Shown in pieces: positions 26,861 through 32,000 of a stretch of 32,000 nt of DNA (positions are counted from its first letter, which is position 1; every line of letters begins with the position of its first letter). Position numbers and translations under genes: made by a program. The notes under the pieces were generated by a model. That model saw only the letters and a list, made by a program, of their open reading frames with translations, made no database searches and was not told where the DNA came from. Origin of the DNA: Desulfocapsa sulfexigens DSM 10523. Lineage in GTDB: Bacteria > Desulfobacterota > Desulfobulbia > Desulfobulbales > Desulfocapsaceae. The stretch spans positions 660,001 to 692,000 of the forward strand of contig NC_020304.1 in assembly GCF_000341395.1 (NCBI RefSeq), read 5' to 3'.

Positions 26861-27841
26861 TCAGCCCTCACCACCCCTTGTCATAAGGATAATAGCAATA
26901 AGAATAGCCAGTGAAACCAGCCAGAGAACCATATAAACGGTGGTAGATTCTCTGGCCCTTTCACTGCCAAGCCAGGTTCTTGGTTTAATCCCTTTGAAAA
27001 TAAAGACAATCTTTGCTGACAGATTCACAGAGACAATATTCACGGCAAGCAGCAGGGCGGCACCTATAGCGAGGTCAAACTGTCCAGCACCAATCATAAT
27101 ACCCATGGTTGCGGCCGGCGGAAGAATAGCAACCGCCACCATCACTCCCACCAGTACACTTGAGAGTCCGGTGGTCAAGGATAGAGCTGCTGCCGCTCCG
27201 GAGGCCAGGGCAAGAGCTACGCTGTCCAGCCCTACATCCGTACGGGCCATAAGTTCATGGCTGGTGAAGGAAACAGGATAGAGATATCCTTCCACAATGG
27301 CTATGGCTGTGGCCAGAGTAAGACCGATGACGTTCGCCTTTACAGCAGCCCACAGAAGTTTGGTGTCGCCAAGGGCGGTTGAAAGGGCCAGGGCAATGTT
27401 AGGTCCAAGCAGAGGAGCAATAACCATCGCCCCTATGATAACCGCGACATTATCCTTGAGCAGGCCTATGGAGGCGACAAAAGTAGACAGGGTCACCAGC
27501 AGCAGAAAATTACTGCCATAACGTGCCCCCTTTTCCACCTCCTGATAAAGCTCCTCTCTGGTTGTTTTCTCAGCAGCAGCTTTTTTCTCTGTTTCCAGTG
27601 ATGGTACATTCTGGGGTAAAACCGCCTCGGGGGTAAACAGAACAATATTACCACCCGGACCGAGAACGCCCTGTAATGCGTCGAGAAGTTCCTGTGTTTT
27701 TTCATCTTCAACCAGAATCCGGTATACGGCCAAATCCTGTGAACCACCGGCCGGCCAGAATTTTCTAACCTCCAGCTTTGTAATTATCGCAGGAAGATTT
27801 TTGAGATTTTCCGGTAAGGCAATCACTTCAACAAGTCGCAT
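26861..27841 (-). CDS. DUF389 / TIGR00341 family membrane protein
   Basis: 326 aa. ATFVASIGLLKDNVAVIIGAMVIAPLLGPNIALALSTALGD, LSSVLVGVMVAVAILPPAATMG, VNIVSVNLSAKIVF. Confidence 0.9.
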   Translation of the reverse strand: MRLVEVIALPENLKNLPAIITKLEVRKFWPAGGSQDLAVYRILVEDEKTQELLDALQGVLGPGGNIVLFTPEAVLPQNVPSLETEKKAAAEKTTREELYQEVEKGARYGSNFLLLVTLSTFVASIGLLKDNVAVIIGAMVIAPLLGPNIALALSTALGDTKLLWAAVKANVIGLTLATAIAIVEGYLYPVSFTSHELMARTDVGLDSVALALASGAAAALSLTTGLSSVLVGVMVAVAILPPAATMGIMIGAGQFDLAIGAALLLAVNIVSVNLSAKIVFIFKGIKPRTWLGSERARESTTVYMVLWLVSLAILIAIILMTRGGEG

Positions 27842-28006
27842 TCACACATCCTCCATGGGGAGATACTTTCCTTCGCAAAGGAGAGTTATCGTTTACTCTG
27901 GGTTGACGATCCCCAAAAAAGGGTTTCAAAAATAGCCCAAAGGCAATGGAACATTCCAGGATCACTTGAATTTCAGGCTGAGAGATCATAAGAACTGTAA
28001 TAAGCA

Positions 28007-28188
28007 TACCTGATTACCACTAATCCTCAGCCTACCCGCCTGAGGAGGAGTTGTTTCGTGTTGATTATATGGGCATCTGCGGCCTGGACGGCCACAGCAG
28101 AGCCCCCAGGGATGGGTTTATGGCGTCCCATATAATCGACACGAAACAACTCCGGGTTGCAAAGCTGAGTTTCGATGGCAATCAGGTA
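28007..28188. repeat. Nested palindromic element (27-bp inverted repeat with one mismatch, plus flanking stems)
   Basis: 28047-28073 GGAGTTGTTTCGTGTTGATTATATGGG pairs with 28127-28153 CCCATATAATCGACACGAAACAACTCC. Outer stem 28007-28015 TACCTGATT pairs with 28180-28188 AATCAGGTA. Confidence 0.7.
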
Positions 28189-28355
28189 AGCATATGTGAT
28201 TGAATTAGAAAACCAACCAGTCAGTTCCCTGCAAATCGAAAAACCGAGCAATAGAAGCGACAATACCAGCAGCTGTCAAAAAGAGTCTGCCATGTAACAT
28301 GCTGCATGGTTGGCTTACCAGAACTAGAAGTCACGAATTCACCCTAATTGTAATT

Positions 28356-30704
28356 TTAATCAGCAGTATTTGGGTCTGTTCCAACAACCGCAGTGGCTAT
28401 GCTCTCATCTTTTCCTTCCAGGTGCAGTCCGCTCTTAATATGTATATCCCGCTGGGGAAAAGGAATTTCAACACCATGTTCCCGAAAAGACTTGTCTATT
28501 GCAAAATGCATATCGCTACGAACATCAATACGTTTGTCAACATCCTTCAGGTGACAGAACAACTCGAAGTCCAGAGATGACTCACCAAAAGCCTGAAAGC
28601 GGACAACCGGATGGGGGGCTGTACCGTTGGTAATCACTTCAGGGTGTGCTTCTGCCACTTCAAGAAGCAGTCTTTTTACTAACCCGGTATCACTGCCGTA
28701 GGCGACTCCCACGGCCACCTTTACCCGACCCCGTATATCCTGAAGCATCATATTGGTGACCTGGCTGGAAATCAACTCCGAGTTGGGTACAATAACATCG
28801 GATCTGTCAAAGGTCTGAATGATGGTGGAGCGGACACTGATTTTCTTCACATAGCCTTCTGTGCTGCCAACAACAACCCAGTCCCCCCGCTTTATCGGCC
28901 GCTCAAAGAGCAGGATCAGACCGGAAACAAGATTATTAACAATATTCTGAAGCCCAAAACCTATACCAACAGACAAAGCACCTGCAACTATGGCCAGTCC
29001 CGAGAAATTAATACCAGCGGTGCTAAGTCCCAGAAGAATAACAAGACTGTAGCCCACATAACCAAGCACCGTGGAAAGGGCATCCTGTACACTTGGAGCC
29101 AGCTCCGATTCAGCCAGCCATTTACGGATAATTTTATCCTTAGCAAGGGAGACAACATTCCAGCCGAGAGCTAAAATAAAAAAACCGATACCAACCCGGG
29201 ACGGAACAATTGTTACAGTACCAACGCTGAATCCTTCAACCAGCCAATCATAAAACGTTGAAGCATAAATCCTGGAGAGTCCCCACAAGCGAAGAATGCA
29301 ATAAAAAAAGACAATAACCAGTGATAATTTGAGCAGACTGCCCGTCCAGATTAATCCCTTAAAGACCTGACTCGTCTCAATTCCAAGCCTTTTTCTGAGA
29401 GTCTGCTGCCAGAGATACCTGCCCCTTCCAAACCCGCCGACAATTTCATTGATTGCAAACATGCAAAGACTTAACAGAAAAAGAAGGACTATGGTACCAG
29501 AAGTACCTGCCAGGATATGGCTGGCCAGTATTCGATAGCCACTAAGTTCGGCAAGTATGACACCACCAAGCACAAAAACAAGAAATATACGAATAGTTCT
29601 TCTCTGCACTTTAAAGCGTGAAAAGCTGCAGAAGAGCCAGAAAACCCAGAGCAGAATCCCATACCAGAGCATCACGACCAGGGCACGGACAAGAAGGAAA
29701 ACAGTATCTGGAAGAACAGTGCTGAGCGGACTTGTAAAAACAAAAAACAACAGTCCGGAAAAAATGGCAAACAGCTGGAAGCGAATTGTTTTCACTATGG
29801 AAAAATTCACTACAGAACCATTATCCTGCTCTCCGGCAAGTACTTTCCCGTAGAATTTCCCAAAACCTGAGAGGATTAAAACAAGTATAATACTGTTCAC
29901 AGCAGCTGGCAGGCAGGAAGGGGGTTGCAGATCTTTTAACACAAAATGCAGCGACAATGATACTCCTCCAAGAACCCCGAGGAGCTGAAATGTTTTTTTC
30001 CGCTGACTGAGCATACGTAGAAAATCAAAATAGAACCCTTTTTGTTCTATCTGGCTGGCTTGTTGGAAAAGCAGAGAATCAATCCGACTGCCCAGAAACA
30101 GTCCCATTCCGGCAAAGAGGAAAACGAGCAAAAAGTGGTATAGTTTGAGGAAAAAAAAGGCATTACCTGATAACAGGAAACTGGTAACTGCTGATGGCCA
30201 GTGCTCCAAATTAAGCTCCGGCCGCCTGACTAATTCAAGAAATCCTGGTCCCTGGGAAAAAAGATCCCTGGTGAAAACCTCTCGCTTAATATCATTAAGC
30301 TTCTGATCCAGATCTGTTGCTCTGAGTGTCAACAAACGACACTGAGCAAGACGAACCTCAGCCTGATTTTTCTGGGTCTGCAGGCCAGCTCTCTCCCTGG
30401 TGATCTCCCTAGACTCACCGGTCACCTTTTCACCAAGAGCAGCAAGAGTTGTATCTATTTGTTCCAGTTCCTGCCCAACTGCATGCACACAATTTTTTCC
30501 CTGAGCTAAATATCCCTGCACCTGAAGTACCAGGACATCAACCTGGGCCAGTGACGTATCCTCCAGATTAATCTGAGAAATCTTCGTGATTTCCTGCTGA
30601 GCTGCAGCAAACATATCGTCTTCCTGATCAGCGGAACGTAGGAAAGAGGGATGCATACAGAGGAAAACGAAGAGGAGAAAAGCCGCAATTAACGAATATT
30701 TCAT
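28356..30704 (-). CDS. Mechanosensitive ion channel, MscS/MscK family (large, coiled-coil N-terminus)
   Basis: GLSTAGINFSGLAIVAGALSVGIGFGLQNIVNNLVSGLILLFERPIKRGDWVVVGSTEGYVKKISVRSTIIQTFDRSDVIVPNSELIS. Confidence 0.95.
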   Translation of the reverse strand: MKYSLIAAFLLFVFLCMHPSFLRSADQEDDMFAAAQQEITKISQINLEDTSLAQVDVLVLQVQGYLAQGKNCVHAVGQELEQIDTTLAALGEKVTGESREITRERAGLQTQKNQAEVRLAQCRLLTLRATDLDQKLNDIKREVFTRDLFSQGPGFLELVRRPELNLEHWPSAVTSFLLSGNAFFFLKLYHFLLVFLFAGMGLFLGSRIDSLLFQQASQIEQKGFYFDFLRMLSQRKKTFQLLGVLGGVSLSLHFVLKDLQPPSCLPAAVNSIILVLILSGFGKFYGKVLAGEQDNGSVVNFSIVKTIRFQLFAIFSGLLFFVFTSPLSTVLPDTVFLLVRALVVMLWYGILLWVFWLFCSFSRFKVQRRTIRIFLVFVLGGVILAELSGYRILASHILAGTSGTIVLLFLLSLCMFAINEIVGGFGRGRYLWQQTLRKRLGIETSQVFKGLIWTGSLLKLSLVIVFFYCILRLWGLSRIYASTFYDWLVEGFSVGTVTIVPSRVGIGFFILALGWNVVSLAKDKIIRKWLAESELAPSVQDALSTVLGYVGYSLVILLGLSTAGINFSGLAIVAGALSVGIGFGLQNIVNNLVSGLILLFERPIKRGDWVVVGSTEGYVKKISVRSTIIQTFDRSDVIVPNSELISSQVTNMMLQDIRGRVKVAVGVAYGSDTGLVKRLLLEVAEAHPEVITNGTAPHPVVRFQAFGESSLDFELFCHLKDVDKRIDVRSDMHFAIDKSFREHGVEIPFPQRDIHIKSGLHLEGKDESIATAVVGTDPNTAD

Positions 30705-30903
30705 GAACGGTCACTGTGAAAATTAATAGAGAATGTTTCTGAAACAGTATAACTTAGGTACATGACAATAGCAAAAAATCATGTTAGCCATGCGCGTGAC
30801 AGGATCGGGATGGCCACAACGATCTTTGTCGTCGAACAGAGGGTATTCCCAAAATATACATTTCACCTGAAACTCTGCCCCGTACCCCCGAACAGGAGAG
30901 ACA

Positions 30904-31500
30904 ATGGCGTTTCCAACTTTCTCTGACCTCTTGTCCATTTCCGATCCTGAAGTCCTACTGACAGGCTTGGCTGTTTTCACTGCCCGTATCTTCGATGTTT
31001 CCATTGGTACCGTACGCACCATTGTAACTGTTCAGGGACGTACCATACTCTCTTTCTTTCTGGCGGTCTTTGAGGTGACCATCTGGATCACAGTTGTCAG
31101 TGCCGTAATCCTTAAGATGACCGAAATGCCCATACTTATTATTTTCTACTCCCTTGGGTACGCCATGGGAAATGTGGTGGGTATCCTGGTGGAAAGGAGG
31201 CTTGCTTTTGGTATGATCATTCTCAAGGTTTTCAGTTCCTACCATGGCCAGAGAATGGCACAGACATTTCGTGAAATGGGCCAGCCAGTAACAATTTTCC
31301 ATGGTGAGGGAATGAAAGGGCCGGTTGTAGAACTTTATCTGGCCTGCAGAAGGCGGGATCTCAGGTGGATGATTGCCAAAGTCTATGAGATAGACAGTGA
31401 TGCCTTCTATGTTGTTGAGCAGGCAAAAGATGTCAGCAAAGTGCTGAAACCGGTATACTCTCCATTGGGCGGGTGGCGGCAGCGCAACAATAGAAAATAG
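30904..31500 (+). CDS. DUF5698 / DUF2179 (UPF0316-like) membrane protein
   Basis: DVSIGTVRTIVTVQGRTILSFFLAVFEVTIWITVVSAVI...YSLGYAMGNVVGILVERR, soluble C-terminal domain. Confidence 0.82.
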   Translation: MAFPTFSDLLSISDPEVLLTGLAVFTARIFDVSIGTVRTIVTVQGRTILSFFLAVFEVTIWITVVSAVILKMTEMPILIIFYSLGYAMGNVVGILVERRLAFGMIILKVFSSYHGQRMAQTFREMGQPVTIFHGEGMKGPVVELYLACRRRDLRWMIAKVYEIDSDAFYVVEQAKDVSKVLKPVYSPLGGWRQRNNRK

Positions 31501-31716
31501 CAGACGGGGAATAGTCCTGATACAGGGAAGATATCTTTATTTTTGAAATAAAGACATAAAACGAGCGATGAAATGTAACGTCTAGGAAGGCACCCGATGG
31601 TTACGATTGGAAGATCAACTCTCCGATTACTTCGGGTTGCAATTCATCCCAATTGCAAACCAGATAAAAAATGAAAAGTGAGGGCAGGCATCGATTTTTG
31701 ACAGACTTAAACAATT

Positions 31717-32000
31717 TCATACATGATGTGGCAGCAATCCACGTTTTTCATCAAGCACTTGTCTGACAATTCTGGCCAATGTTGATCTATCAACGGGTTT
31801 CTTTGCATATTTTTTTATGCCAATTGCCAGGACACTCTCTTCTGTAGCGACAGTGCTGTAGCCAGTGCAGAGGATAATTGGCATGGTCGGCTTTATTTTC
31901 AAAACTTCCTGTGCCAATTCTATCCCGGACAGACCGGGCATGGTCTGATCTGTGATTAACAGGTCAAATTGCTCTGGTTGCAAGTAGATTTTTTCAAATG
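31717..32000 (-). CDS. Response regulator receiver domain, N-terminus beyond the window edge
   Basis: The frame stays open to the window end (FEKIYLQPEQFDLLITDQTMPGLSGIELAQEVLKIKP..PIILCTGYS...GIKKYAKKPVD). The tracked ORF start is a TTG inside the domain. Confidence 0.85.
   Translation of the reverse strand, partial: FEKIYLQPEQFDLLITDQTMPGLSGIELAQEVLKIKPTMPIILCTGYSTVATEESVLAIGIKKYAKKPVDRSTLARIVRQVLDEKRGLLPHHV

Noticed and set aside
28027-28263. 78-aa minus-strand ORF
   Set aside because: It translates the inverted-repeat region (28047-28153). No recognisable domain, and better explained as part of the palindromic element.
1-32000. Search for phage, transposase, toxin-antitoxin or restriction/defence signatures and tRNA/rRNA
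   Set aside because: None recognised. The novelty here lies in the metabolic/protein-modification cluster and intergenic structures rather than in a defence island.

Overview
The window looks like chromosomal sequence from a Desulfobulbaceae-like deltaproteobacterium (lineage inferred from gene content only). It has three parts. (1) 1-8295: a + strand, translationally coupled operon that looks like an outer-membrane electron conduit. It has the C-terminal part of a beta-barrel protein, an NHL-repeat lipoprotein, three multiheme c-type cytochromes (11, 13 and 8 canonical CXXCH motifs plus three CX3CH/CX4CH variants), a TPR protein and a redoxin-TPR protein with no active-site cysteines. An Hsp20 gene follows. 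(2) 9194-21672: the most unusual region, all on the + strand. It contains a GshB-like ATP-grasp, a DUF1704/QEGLA (MATCAP-related) metallopeptidase, agmatinase, a 60-aa LysW-like zinc-ribbon protein ending in ...FEEDDY, SpeA, carboxy(nor)spermidine dehydrogenase, NspC, a citrate synthase, an RLAN-RimK-type ATP-grasp, a GNAT and a SET-domain protein. The tiny protein has two CxxC knuckles and an acidic tail ending in Tyr, which resembles the alpha-tubulin tail (-EEY). The locus also encodes a relative of tubulin detyrosinase and two ATP-grasp ligases, the fold used by tubulin tyrosine and glutamate ligases. I propose a carrier-protein or tail-modification system coupled to polyamine metabolism. 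(3) 21.8-32 kb: mostly ordinary genes (Na/Pi cotransporter, beta-CASP MBL protein, CorA, DUF389, MscS, DUF5698, partial response regulator). It also holds two striking non-coding structures: a contiguous 3 x 11-bp alternating half-site array at 22285-22317, and a 27-bp inverted repeat with one mismatch nested in a roughly 180-nt palindromic region at 28007-28188. No tRNA, rRNA, CRISPR or intact mobile element was seen.
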